NCBI RefSeq assembly: GCF_006345805.1
Contig: NC_043009.1
Span: 43,400,001 to 43,464,000 of the forward strand
DNA length: 64,000 bases
Reading direction: 5' to 3'
Origin: Octopus sinensis
Lineage: Eukaryota
Shown here piece after piece: positions 11,889 through 24,262 of this stretch (positions are counted from its first letter, which is position 1; every line of letters starts with the position of its first letter). A program made the position numbers and the translations under genes. A model generated the notes under the pieces. It was not told the DNA's origin. It saw only the letters and a list, made by a program, of their open reading frames with translations, and searched no databases.

Positions 11889-12720
11889 CTGGCATCATCA
11901 TCACCATCATCATCATCATCGCCGTCATTGTCGTTGTCATCATGATAATCATCATCATCATCATGATCATCATCATCACTGGCATCATCATCACTATCAT
12001 CGTCGTCGTCGTCGTCATCGTCGTTGTCATCATGATTATCATCTCAATGATCATCGTTGTCGTTGCTGTCGTTATCATTATCGTCTTCGTTGTCGTTGTC
12101 GTCGACGTTTCCATCATCATCATCACCACCACCATCATCATCATCATTGTCGTCATCATCACCATCACTATCATCCTCAACATCAACATCATCACCATCA
12201 CCATTATTACTATCATCATCTCTGTTATCACCACCAAGATCATCGTCATGATCATCACCTCCACTCCTATCATCATCACCATCATCGTTATCATCTTTGT
12301 CGTCATCATCATCATCATCCTCATCATCACATTCACCATCATCATCATCATCACCATCACCATCATCATCATCATCATCATCATCATCACATTCACCATC
12401 GTCATCATCATCATTATCACCATCTTCACCATCATTATTATCATCATCGCTGCCATCATCTCCATCATCACCATCGTCATCAACCACCATCACCACCACT
12501 ATCATCATCATCATCATCATCATCATCATCTAACATCCATGTTCCATGTTGGCATGGGTTGGAAGATTTGACAAGTATGTAATGAGTTGAAGGACTGCAT
12601 CGTGCTCCAGCATTTGTTTTGGTATGGTTTCTACTGCAGGATGCCCTCCCTAATGCCAACCACTTTACAGTGCGTGCTGGGTACTGCTTCTACCTTCTTT
12701 TCGTGCCACTGGCATTATTG
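11830..12720 (-). repeat. ~700-bp degenerate (CAT/GAT)n array contiguous with an RTE 3' end (12530-12720)
   Basis: The array runs directly into CATCTAACATCCATGTTCCATGTTGGCATGGGTTGG, the reverse complement of the RTE terminus. Confidence 0.8.
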
Positions 12721-14181
12721 AGGTCAGCATCTAGCTCACAAGTCAACAAGCCCAGAAAGGGAAGATGTTGCTTCTGTATGCTAGATGGGGGGTAGGTTAA
12801 GGAATGAGGGGAGGGGTTGAAGCAGAGTAGGGTTTTTATTTTGTAGAGGAACTAAATGGCTACTTACAATTAGGAGAGAGAAAGTGAGATTGACTTATGA
12901 ATTGAACCTATAATCTATCAATCATGACTGCAACACCCTAACCACTAGGCCACACAATCACACACACATATACACACACACTCACACACATACGCACACT
13001 CATTCATTCATATACACACTAAGACAGATGCACACACTCACACACACACACACACACTCACACACACACACACACACATGCACATACACATAAACACACA
13101 CATATGCAAACTCACATACACGCATACACACACACATGGATACACTCTCGCACACATACACATGCTCATACACACACACATACATACACATACACATGCA
13201 CACACACACATAAAGACACTCACGCACAGATACACACACTCACACGCATGCACATACACACATTCACACACACATGTATACACATACACACATACATATA
13301 CTCTTACACACACACTCACGCAAACATACACACACTCACACACACCCACATGCATACACATGCACACACATACATACACTCTTACATACACATACACACA
13401 CTCACACACACATGCACACACACACACATGCACACATGCACACACACATGCACATACACATAAACACACACATATGCAAACTCACATACACGCATACACA
13501 CACACATACATACATACACAGACATACACACATAGTCACACATATAATTCTATCTACCAAATCCACTTGCACATGGTTTTGTGTAGTCCAGGGCTATAAT
13601 TAAAGCTACCATGCATTAGGACTGAACTTGAAACCCTTTGATCAGGATGCAGACGTCTTACCACTCAGCCAAGCTGGGATGTCATACAGTATCCATCTGG
13701 AATTGATTGGCCAGAGTTATAACAGAAATTCTTTGTCCATGGTACTACCATGTAGCAGGATTGAACCCGCAATTCAAGTGGTCAGAAGCAAACCTCTTAC
13801 CCACACAGCCACATTTGGGTAAATTGCATAATGTGACACACTGGTACGATGGAATATTCCTGATAATATTCTGGCTGACCTTTCTGGAACCAGAATCACA
13901 AAGAATAAGGTTAATGCATCAAACGATCCAAAAGAAAACCCAGAAGAGATGCCATTGAGGAAATTCCTGGAATCCACAAGAGCATAAATTGGAATAAAGT
14001 TGTTAAAGTTAAAAGAATAATGAGGAATTTGGATTCCTGCATATGTCTGGGATTGATGGATGTTGTTATGTAATGGAATAAATAGGTCTTGAAATCATCC
14101 AAGATTTTATATAGAGTTGATGGAAGAAAATATTTGCCAGTAATTTCGGATTTGTGATTGGTAGCCTGGAGTAAATGGCAT

Positions 14182-14498
14182 TGTGGAGGCACATGGCTTA
14201 GTGGTTTGAGAGAGCGGTAGACTAGTGGTCAAGGGATCATGGGTTCGAATCTCAAACCAGGCAATGTGTGTGTTTATGAGCGAAAACACCTAAGCTCCAC
14301 GCAGCTCCGGCAGAAGGTTATGGCGAACCTCAGCTGACTCTTTCACCACAACTTTCTCTCACTCTTTCTTTCTGCATCTTGCAGCACACCTGTGAAGGAC
14401 TGGCATCCTGTCCAGGTGGGAAACCTATACGTCACGGAAACGGGGAAACCGGCCCTTATGAGCCAGGCGTGGCTCGAGAAGGAACAAGCAAAAAAAAA
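14182..14498 (+). mobile_element. tRNA-derived SINE (OR-like head, different tail from 1374-1680) with 12-bp TSD
   Basis: A box TGGCTTAGTGG, B box GGTTCGAATCTC, poly(A) tail; AGTAAATGGCAT duplicated at 14170-14181 and 14499-14510. Confidence 0.85.
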
Positions 14499-14734
14499 AG
14501 TAAATGGCATGGAAGTAGTTCAGACCCCAATAAGATCATGGTGATTGACAAAAGAATTGATTAATGATTAATGGTTAAACTGAAATTGGTAATAAATAAA
14601 TGATGGCAAAAGCCATTGGTTGTTATTGCTGTTGTCATTACTATTGCTGCTGCTGTTGTTGTCGTTGTTGTTGTTGCTGTATAGGCCCTGGTCAATCACT
14701 AATTGAACAGCCGTTTAACCAAAAGCATCTTATA

Positions 14735-14958
14735 TTTTTTACTTGTTCCAGTCATTAGACTGTGGCCATGCTGGGGCACCACCTTGAAGAATTTTAGTCA
14801 AATGAATTGACCCCAGGACTTACTTCTTTAAAAACCTGGTACTTATTCTATCAGTCTCTTTTGCTGAACCGCTAGGTTACTAGGATCATAAACACATCAA
14901 CACCAGCTAGTAAACAGTTGTGGGGAACAAACACAGACTCAAAGACACACACATATAT

Positions 14959-14995
<37 letters not shown>

Positions 14996-15505
14996 ATGTG
15001 TGTGTGTGTGTGTGTTGCTGAGACCCTCTTCAGTCATGACTGACCGTGGGATTGCACCTAGAAAGTTACTCTCCCAGGCACAAGTCCAGGCAAGGTTGTT
15101 TATGGAAGTCCAGCAGTTGCCCATGCATACCAGCCTCCCCTCTCCATGCCACCAGTGTTATCCAAGGGAAAGGCAAAGGCCGATACAGCTTGGCACCTGA
15201 GATGTCGCAACTTATTTCTACAGCTGAGTGAACTGGAGCAACATGAAATAAAGTGTCTTGCTCGAGAACACAACACACAGCCCGGTCCGGGATTCAAACT
15301 CACAACCTCACAAGCGTAAGCTCAGCGCTCTAACCACTGAGCCATTGGATTTTTTTAGTTACCATTTACAAAATCCCCTCACAAGATTTTAGTCAGCTCA
15401 AGCCTATAATAGGGGACATTTGCCCAAGGTGCCATACAGTAGAACTGAACCCAGAACCATGTGGTTGGGAAGCAAACTACTTACCAGACAGCCATGCCTG
15501 CACCT
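14735..15505 (-). mobile_element. SINE family B interrupted by a family C SINE (15021-15346) in its internal microsatellite
   Basis: B tail 14735-14945, (TG)n, then a C element matching 22938-23283, then B head 15350-15505. Confidence 0.8.
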
Positions 15506-15629
15506 AAGCCAACCTTTCATTCTAAGTGTATGTAGGAATACATGTTTAAATGCTTTCTTATGTATCTTTTCATTTTTTTTTTTTTGAAGATTACTAGGAT
15601 ATAACTTGAAGAATATTTGGCTGCTTAAG

Positions 15630-16045
15630 AATGGCAAGCTGGCATCGTTAGCACACTGGGCAAAATGCTTAGCAGTATATCCTCTGCTGCTACATTCTGA
15701 GTTCAAATCCCACCGAGGTCGATTTTACCTTTCATCTTTTCGGGGTCGATTAAATAAGTACCAGTTACGCACTGGGGTCGATATAATTGATTTAATCCGT
15801 TTGTTTGTCCTTGTTGGTCCCCTCTGTGTTTAGCCCCTTGTGGGTAGTAAAGAAATAGGTATTTCCTCTGCCATTACATTCCGAGTTCAAGTTCTGCTGA
15901 GTCAGCTTGGCCTTTTATTTTTTGGGGGTCGATTAAATAAGTACCAGTTATGCACTGGGGTTGATGTAATCAACTTAATCCCTTTGTCTGTCCTTGTTTG
16001 TCCCCTCTATGTTTAGACCCTTGTGGGCGATAATGAAATAAATAT
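15630..16045 (+). mobile_element. SINE family A dimer
   Basis: Two consecutive cores, each followed by TTTGTCCTTGTT..TCCCCTCT..GTTTAG tails. Confidence 0.8.
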
Positions 16046-16604
16046 TTGGCTGCTATTTCTAACCAGGTCAAGCAACTGCATTGGAGGGCTCCCTCGAGTG
16101 TGATGTGAAGCATCGACATCATGTTGTGATGCAATTGCAAAACAGGGAACAGGGGGTAGTTCACACTGACCTAAGGAAGTGACTAAGCAAAAGACACTTT
16201 AGAGTGAATCCGTCCCTCAGATAGACAGAACACGTCTGACCTCTACCGATGTGGAACAATGGATATAAACATGAGACTGACAATGTTGATAATGATAGCA
16301 CTAATGTTGTTGTTGTTATTGTTGATGTTTTTGTTGTTGTTTTTATTCTAGTTTTGTGGTTTCTGTCTGAATGTTGCGATATACAGAAATAAAATAAAAT
16401 TTAAAAAATTTTGCAAAATCCTACAACAAAATTAATATGCTTTCAAAAGTCAGTTTGATTTTAGCACTAAACAATTGTCTGTCTGTCTGTCTCTCTCTCT
16501 CACTCTCTCACTCTCTCTCTCTCTTCCTCTCTTTCACCTTGTCTCTGTCTTTCTCAGCCCCTTTCTTTGTCTTTCACTTATCTGTTTGTCTGTTTGTGTA
16601 CGTT

Positions 16605-16649
<45 letters not shown>

Positions 16650-17685
16650 GTATTTTTGGGGGGTTTTAATCTTGGTTGATTTCAACACTGATCAAAAATT
16701 CCTTATGGCAAGTTGTGCAATAAAACTGGTGCAGCACCAGAATACTTGTAAACTGCAACTTGTCTTGCACACATGAAATGTGAAATCAACGATGGAATCC
16801 GCATTTACCGAAATGAACATTCCATTTGCATGTGAGTAAGTCAGGCATGTAATTAATGGCGAAAATTCTAGAAGAAAACTTCGGCAAGACCAGGAGAGGA
16901 AGAATGTAAAGAGTGAAGGAGACTGAAGCGATGTGATGGGAGGGAGACAGTAGGGAGCGGAGATGAAAAAAGGGAGTAAGGAAGATCAGGGAAGGGAGCG
17001 GCACAGGGGGAGAAGGGAGGCTGTTGACTTGCTTTTGACTAAGGAATGACTAATGAATTGAATTCTTGGAAGAGTTTGGATATTAATAATTGTAATGAGG
17101 TTATCCAAGTTGGGACCGCAAGTCTTTTATTCCTGTTGCATGTGTCTGCTGTTATGCACATGTAACAAACAAGTTGCAGTTGCAAACTTGCAGGATGTCG
17201 ATGCCAACCCCGGTAGAGGAGGAATGTAATGAACAGATGGAAGCAGCTTTATTCCTCCTGCCCAAACCCAAACTCGAACCCACCCTGACACCCCCTTCCA
17301 CCAACAATAACCCTCGCCATCCTCTTTTAATCATGATTGCCAAGAAATTGAGAGGAAATGAATGTTGGCCAGTGGCGCCCTCTTAGCAAAGATGAAATTA
17401 AGAATTTTCTCCACTCTACTCCGCCAGTGGAAATATCCCTTAATATGCACAACTGTGCCTTACGCTTAATTAGGTCTTTTCTCCGAGATTTAGTTATCAT
17501 TATTGCTTTTGTTGTCTTTATTATTGTTGTTGTTATTGCTGTTGTTGTTGTCGTTACAGTTGCCTTGTTGCTATTGTTATTGTTGTTGGTGTTATTACTA
17601 TTATTATTATTATTATCATTGTTATTATTATTATTATTTGTGTTGTTGTTGTAGTCTTTGTTCTTTGTACTATTATTGTTGTTGC

Positions 17686-17722
<37 letters not shown>

Positions 17723-18199
17723 GGTGTGTTTTTGGTGTTCTTGTTATAATTGCAGTCATTATTAAGAATGTTATAATTGTATTTTTTTATTTGTTATTGT
17801 TGTTTTGCATTGTTTTTATTGCCATTGTTGTTGTTGTTGTTGTTGGTATTGTTCTTTCTGTTGTTATTGATTTTGTTATCGTTGTTGTCATGTCTGTTGT
17901 TGGTGTTGTTGTTGTTATTGTTGTTGATATTGTTGATGCTGTTGTTATTGTTGATATTGATGCTGTTGTTTTCTAATTGCTGTTGTTGTACTGCCGAGGT
18001 TGACTTTGCTTTCACGCCACCATATTCAATAAATTTAAATACCAGTAATTTACCTGGATGAGTCAATCAACAAGGGTCCATACCTTAACCCCTACCTTGA
18101 CTCCTACCTAACCCACCACCATCACCAGCACCACCACTTCCCCCAGGGTAATGAAGTCATTAAAGTGATCCTGGTTATTAAACCATCATTACTTACAAT

Positions 18200-18520
18200 A
18201 ATCATCATCATCATCGTGTAACATCTGTTTTCCATGCTAGCATGGGTTGGATGGTTCGACCGGGGTCTGGGAAGCCAGGAGGCTGCACCTGATCTGATCT
18301 GGCAGTATTTCTACAGCTGGATGCCCTTACTGACGCCAACCACTCCATGAGTGTAGTGGCTCCTTTTTACATGCCACCAGCACGGGCCTGAGGAGGCTGG
18401 CAATGGCCATGATAGGTTGATGCTTTTTAGGTGCCACCGGCATGGAAGCCAGTCAAGGCGGCGTTGGCATCAGCCATGTTCGGATGGTGCTTTTTACATA
18501 CCACTGGCATGGATATCACT
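18200..18520 (-). mobile_element. RTE-LINE 3' end
   Basis: CATCATC...TTCCATGCTAGCATGGGTTGGATGG...CTACAGCTGGATGCCC. Confidence 0.8.
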
Positions 18521-19440
18521 GTTGTTGTTATTGTTGCTGTCCAGGTCTAAGTGAATCCTGACTGAGCAAACATAAAATCAAAGACATTCTATCCATGACC
18601 AACCTGTCTTTCACTCAGGCATCACATACGTAGGGCAACATTATCTATAGGATCCAGTCTATCCTTCCATACTCAAAACAAAAGTATGTACTTTAGGAAA
18701 GATTTGGTTGCTATTTCTAGCTTTTAGCACTTCATGTTGAGAATCCCTTGTTCCTTGAACTGAGGTGGAGGATCAGGACAGATTTGGTAAAGAGCAGGAC
18801 TAAATGTCTTGAAGCGTTTAGTTAAAGGCCTTTATGTTTTGAGTTTAAAATCTTGCTACAGGTCAAATATATTTTGTAGGGACCAGTAACGGGAGCACTA
18901 GTAATACACTACAATATTTTTAGTCAGCTGTGACCCCCTCCATATACACAAAAGTAACTGACCATATGCCAATCTTCATCATCATCATCATCATCCCAAC
19001 CACCACCACCACCATTATCACCATCATCATCATCATCACCATCATCATCATCGTCGTCATCATCACCCCCCCATCATCATCGTCATCATCACCCCCACCC
19101 CACCCCCACCCCACCCCACCCCCACCATCACCATCATCATCATCATTTAACATCCATTTCCCATGCCAGCATGAGTTAAACAGTTTAATAGGATTTGGTG
19201 ATTTACAGGATTGTGTGAAGCCCCAGTGTAATCTTTGGAACAATTCCTCCAGTGGAATGCCCTTAATCCAGTTTAAGTATAACATTAACAGTACACCACT
19301 CTCCCCACTCTTGGAAAATGACTTCAAAGACATTGCTTCTTCCTCCAGACGCAGCTAAAAAAAAACAAAAAAACAAAAAAGTAAGAAAACATACACTGCT
19401 CCAGCATGGTCTCCTTCACAGTGGTTAAAATAAATTATAG

Positions 19441-19620
19441 AAGGCGTAGGAGTGGCTGTGTGGTAAGTAGCTTGCTTACAAACCACATGGTTTCCGGGTT
19501 CATTCCCACTGCATGGCACCTTGGACAAGTGTCTTCTACTATAGCCTTGGGCCGACCAAAGCCTTGTGAGTGGATCTGGTAGATGTCTTCTACTATAGTA
19601 GACGGAAACTGTCGTATATA
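19441..19620 (+). mobile_element. SINE family B 5' half
   Basis: GGCGTAGGAGTGGCTGTGTGGTAAG head; ends in (TA)n, followed by fold-back element FB3. Confidence 0.85.
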
Positions 19621-19635
19621 TGTATATGTATATAT

Positions 19636-19868
19636 ATTGGTAAAAACGGTAAGATAACAAAAGAAAGAAAGATACCTTAATATTATGTAAATAGAGGAAA
19701 TTTATCTGTAAAATAATATGTGACAATTATTCAATAGCCAAGATAAAAGACCATCTCTTCGGTTATCAGGCCAGATAAGCGAAGAGATGGTGTTGTGGAT
19801 TTCCACTTCGGCGTCCGAAACTCAGAGTTTTATCTTGGCTATTGAATAATTGTCGCATATTATATTAC

Positions 19869-19873
<5 letters not shown>
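19636..19873. mobile_element. Fold-back element FB3 with a variant (C4-core) hammerhead-like motif
   Basis: Inverted arms 19703-19748 and 19828-19873, inner hairpin 19750-19791. Motif GATAA-GCGAAGA-[stem II]-GAA-ACTCAGAGT-T-TTATC at 19774-19834. Confidence 0.6.
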
Positions 19874-19916
<43 letters not shown>

Positions 19917-21567
19917 TATATATAAATACAAACTGGGACAAGAACGCAAAACATTGAAAAGACGATACAAAAACACAGACGGGACATTCGAAGCCTTCAA
20001 TCTTCAGTCAAGAACCGGATCATCCTTGCAATTTCGGCTGATTAATATATATATATATATATATATACATCAGTGCCAAGATTTTAAACCAATTTTGTAC
20101 ATAGGTGCTTTTTGAGTTTCACAAGATTAGTTTAATAACTTTTTGTGGTAAGTGTTTGTAGATATTCTTTTATTCTTTTATTTGTTTCAATCATTTGAAT
20201 GTGGCCATGCTGGAGCACCGCTTTGAAATATGCTCATGTTTATGAAGTTAAATGTGCACAAGTAGATACGGAACAAAAGTAAAGAAGAAAAAGCCAGAGA
20301 ATTCATACGAATTTAAAATGATTGAACTTAACAATTGGTATGCAATTTTTGTTTAGTTAATGTGTTACTCATGATTTATGGCGACTAATTCTACTCTGTT
20401 AACACAAAACAAAGAACTGAAGATTATCTAAGAAGGTGAAAGAGAATGTTAAGTGAAACAGCTGGTGCATGGTTGCTGTGAAGGCAAAATAAGAAAAGAG
20501 ATTGAAAACAGTTTGACTTCTTGTTAAAGGCCTTTTTTTCCAGCTTTATGTTCTTAGTTCAATGACTTTCCCATTCATCCTTTCCAGGTCAATAAAATAA
20601 GAAACCACTTTGTCATTGAGGTCAGTGTAATTTTAAAATTGCTGATCTTGCACTAAAAATTAGAAAGACTTTTGTTGAGCAAAACTTTAAGAAGTAAGTA
20701 ACTTGCTTACGAACCACATGGTTCTGGGTTCAGTCCCATTGCGTGGCACTTTGGGCAAGTGTCTTCTACTATAGCCTCGGGCCGGCCAAAGCCTTGTGAG
20801 TGGATTTGGTAGATGGAAACTGAAAGAAGCCCGTCGTATATATGTATATATGAATATATATATGTGGTTGGTAAGCAAGCTACTTACCACACAGCCACTC
20901 CTGCGCCTATTAGTTCCTAATAATATTTAATCATAAAACTATAATAGGAGGGTCCATCTGAGTAAAAAAGGAACTGAAAGGATCCATAGATAAAGAAAAA
21001 ATGGTTGTGTAACACTGATGTAAGCAAATACCCAAAATCTGGTTGCTTTTGTTTAGCCTATGATCAAACCTGATTAAGCAAACCTACAGTCAAAAGCATT
21101 CTTGTCTGAACTTTTAGATGTAGACTATATCTAGGACTACTTTTATATATTGTGTCGCTCATATTTCAAAATGGTACAATGTGATTTGTGAGAGATTTGG
21201 CTGGTGCTTCTAAAAGGTCACATATTCACTATTGATTTCCAAGCTGGCTCAAGACAATGTTCTTACCTCTTATCCAACAATTTATGATCAAAGGCATTCT
21301 AGCCATGACCATCACATTATTTTCACATCAGGAACTAATTTAGCTAATGCAATGGTCACTAACAGTTTCACTACCAACGATCCCTTTTATTTAAATGAAT
21401 TTCCTCCAAACCCTGAGTTTTTGAAAGTTAGATCTGATTGACATACTTTGAACATGCTGTTCATAGATGTGCAGTACTTTCTTTTGTGGACACCTGAGGA
21501 CCCAAACAGCCTACGTTGGTAGCCACAGTATAATCAGTGTACACAGGCGCAAGGACACACATGTGTT

Positions 21568-21601
<34 letters not shown>

Positions 21602-22114
21602 TGTACGCAAACACTCACAAACTTACACACACACACATGCACATTTATGTTATAGCACAGATGCTATACCGGTGACTCAAGAACTAGCTGAGCAATTGGC
21701 TTCCATGTGAGTAAATGTATCCTTCCTGTACTTTATCACAGTAGGATTTGATTTATGAGTGATTTGACTGCTATTTCATGCTGGTCAGTCACTTCATACC
21801 AAAGATGTCCCCCTCGCTGGCTCATCAAAGTGAGGTGTGGTTGCGAAAATACGGTGGCGAAGTCGACATTGGTTGCCAAGCAGTCTCTGGTTGCTAAGTA
21901 CAGCATGGTCTCTTGTGAGTAAAGGGGTGGGGGTACGTAGGTGGATTGGAGAGGTGGGAGACAATACTTTTGAATGGTCATGTACAATAAAGAAAGGAAT
22001 AATATTGAAAAGAACACAGATAAAATATTTGTCATAGAAATAGCTACAACACAAACAACCACTGCAGAAACAACAGACTGATATTACAACTCCCACCACT
22101 ACCAACACCAATAC

Positions 22115-22231
22115 AGCTTTTCTACCCTAGGCACAAGGCCTGAAATTTTGGGGGGAGGGGGCCAGTTGATTAAATCGATCCCAGTATGCAACTGGTACTT
22201 AATTTATCGACCCCTTACAATCAATACTACT

Positions 22232-22278
<47 letters not shown>

Positions 22279-22503
22279 TAATGACAATAATTTCAAATTT
22301 TGGTACAAGGCCAACAATTTTGGGTGACGGGGTAAGTTGATTACGTCAACCCCAGAGCTCAACTGGTTCATATTTTAATGACCCCTAAAAGAATGAAAGA
22401 TAAATTTGACAATGGCTAAATTTGAACTCGGAACATAGATATGGACAAAATGCCACTAAGCATTTTGCATGGCATGCTAACGATTCTGCCAGCTCACCAC
22501 CTT
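22115..22503 (-). mobile_element. SINE family A copy plus partial copy
   Basis: Reverse complement of GGTGAGCTGGCAGAATCGTTAG head at about 22500, with (TAA)n at the tail. Confidence 0.8.
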
Positions 22504-22720
22504 ATGCATAAATATATGTTAAATATGGTACTACACTCTCAGAGTAGTTGGCATTAGGAAGGGCATCCAGCAGTAGAAACTCTGCCAGGTCAAGATTGGA
22601 GTCTGGTGCAGCCATCTGGTTCGCCAGACCTCAGTCAAATCGTCCAACCCATGCTAGCATGGAAAGCGGACGTTTAGAAAGCCGTTAAAAAACCGATTAT
22701 AACAACAACTCTATCTAAGA

Positions 22721-22757
22721 ATATCTGAAGAAGGAATTTTATTCCGAAATATCATAT
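22721..22757 (+). ncRNA. Minimal type I hammerhead motif (Penelope-type)
   Basis: ATAT-CTGAAGA-A-GGAAT-TTT-ATTCC-GAA-ATAT-C-ATAT: canonical core, perfect 5-bp stem II, palindromic ATAT helix III, AUC cleavage site. Confidence 0.7.
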
Positions 22758-22871
22758 CTGACTATGGATGACTAAATTACAACAGGTATATAACCCATTG
22801 TTCTCTTATAGTGCATTGTTGTGTCATTCAAAACTTTTTATTCTTTATATACATATATATAATATATATAT

Positions 22872-22909
<38 letters not shown>

Positions 22910-22937
22910 GATATATATATATATATAAATAAATAAA

Positions 22938-23283
22938 GTGAAGGTGCGTGGCTCAGTGGTTAGAGCGTCGAGCTTACGATCGTGAGGTTGTGAGCTCGAA
23001 TCCCGGTCCAGGCTGCGTGTTGTGTTCTTGAGCAAGACACTTTATTTCACGTTGCTCCAGTTCACTCAGCTGTAGAAATGAGTTGTGCAACGTCACAGGT
23101 GCCAAGCTGTATCGGCCCTTGCCTTTCCCTTGGACAAATCGGTGAAGTGGAGAGGGGAGGCCGGTATGCATGGGCGACTGCTGGTCTTCCATTAAAAAAA
23201 AACAACCTTGCCCAGACTTGTGCCTTAGAGGGTAACTCTCTAGGTGCAAACCCATGGTCAGTGTCTGACGGAAGGGGGTCACC
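22938..23283 (+). mobile_element. SINE family C (tRNA head, CORE/V-like TTGAGCAAGACACTT segment), full length
   Basis: A box TGGCTCAGTGGTTAG, B box GCTCGAATCCC; matches 15021-15346 (-). Confidence 0.9.
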
Positions 23284-23463
23284 ACCATATATAAATAATG
23301 AGGGAGATAAATTGAATATTAATTTAATTAATATCAATTTAAAACCAGTAGCCTAGCAGACATTTGACATTAACCCCAATGTAATCAGTGAAACTAAGCA
23401 CGTGTCTGTTTTTATACAGAAAACTGGTGGTTAGTTTTACAAATTACATTACCTGTGGAACGA

Positions 23464-23538
23464 TCGCACTGACGAGCCTACGGATGAGGGATTACGTAAG
23501 TGATTCCTTCGCTAATAGGTGAAACCGCCGGTCTGCGA
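23464..23538 (+). ncRNA. Type I hammerhead ribozyme, intact canonical core with extended stem II
   Basis: TCGCA(23464-68) CTGACGA(23469-75) GCCTA...TAGGT GAAA(23521-24) CC-gcc-G GTC(23531-33) TGCGA(23534-38). Stem II carries a 10-bp hairpin capped by GTAA. Confidence 0.85.
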
Positions 23539-23727
23539 GTAATTCTTGTTTTTTATATAATTTTCATCTGTCTTGCCCGCATATTGTTCTGGTGTCCGCG
23601 GAATTTTTCTCTAGAGAACATTCTTTCCTTTATACTTTGATCGTTGATGATCTACTTCTAGCATACAGCTGACCACTTAGTGGTTTTTTAACCCTTTAAA
23701 TATATATATATATATATACACACACAG

Positions 23728-23930
23728 ATCATCATCTTAATTTAATGTCTGATTTTCATGCTGGCATGAGTTAGACTGTTTGACTGGTAAACTGGAGAGC
23801 TGCACTAGGTTCCAGTCTGATTTGGCATGGTTTCTATGGCCAGAACTTGGAGCAGCTTTCCAGCTTACCAGTTCCAGCCAAACCATCTAATTCATACCAG
23901 CATGGAAAGCAGACGTTAAATGATGATGAG
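23728..23930. mobile_element. Two RTE 3' ends in inverted orientation
   Basis: TTTAATGTCTGATTTTCATGCTGGCATGAGTTAG at the left versus CTAATTCATACCAGCATGGAAAGCAGACGTTAAATGATG at the right. Confidence 0.7.
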
Positions 23931-24180
23931 GAAATATATATATATATATACACATACATATATAAAACATATATATATATAGATAGATTAGAAAAAAAAC
24001 ACCTTTTATCAATTCAAAAATGAAAAATTAAATTATACCTTTTAAAAAAATTACATATTATAGAAAGATTAACTATAAGATAAAATATATAACAATGATT
24101 CAGTAATGTACAAAAAATGAAAAAAAACGTATGTATTTGGTATTATTATTATTAAAATATACACATACACACACAAACAC

Positions 24181-24223
<43 letters not shown>

Positions 24224-24262
24224 TATATATGTATATATACGTGTATATTGATATATATATAT

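Noticed and set aside
11809-12582. 257-aa poly-His ORF and similar poly-His/Asp/Met/Ile ORFs (30429-31055, 35483-36628, 49020-49736)
   Set aside because: Translations of stop-free trinucleotide microsatellites; no splice or codon evidence, and the 11.8-kb array is an RTE tail.
19925-20045. Minus-strand CTGAAGA and CCGAAA motifs in a TA-flanked unit
   Set aside because: Probably a Penelope-like terminal fragment, but the motifs are in the wrong order or lack helices for a complete hammerhead.
22938-23012. tRNA gene-like sequence (also heads at 1605-1680 and 14182-14260)
   Set aside because: A and B boxes continue into multi-copy SINE bodies; these are tRNA-derived SINE heads, not tRNA genes.
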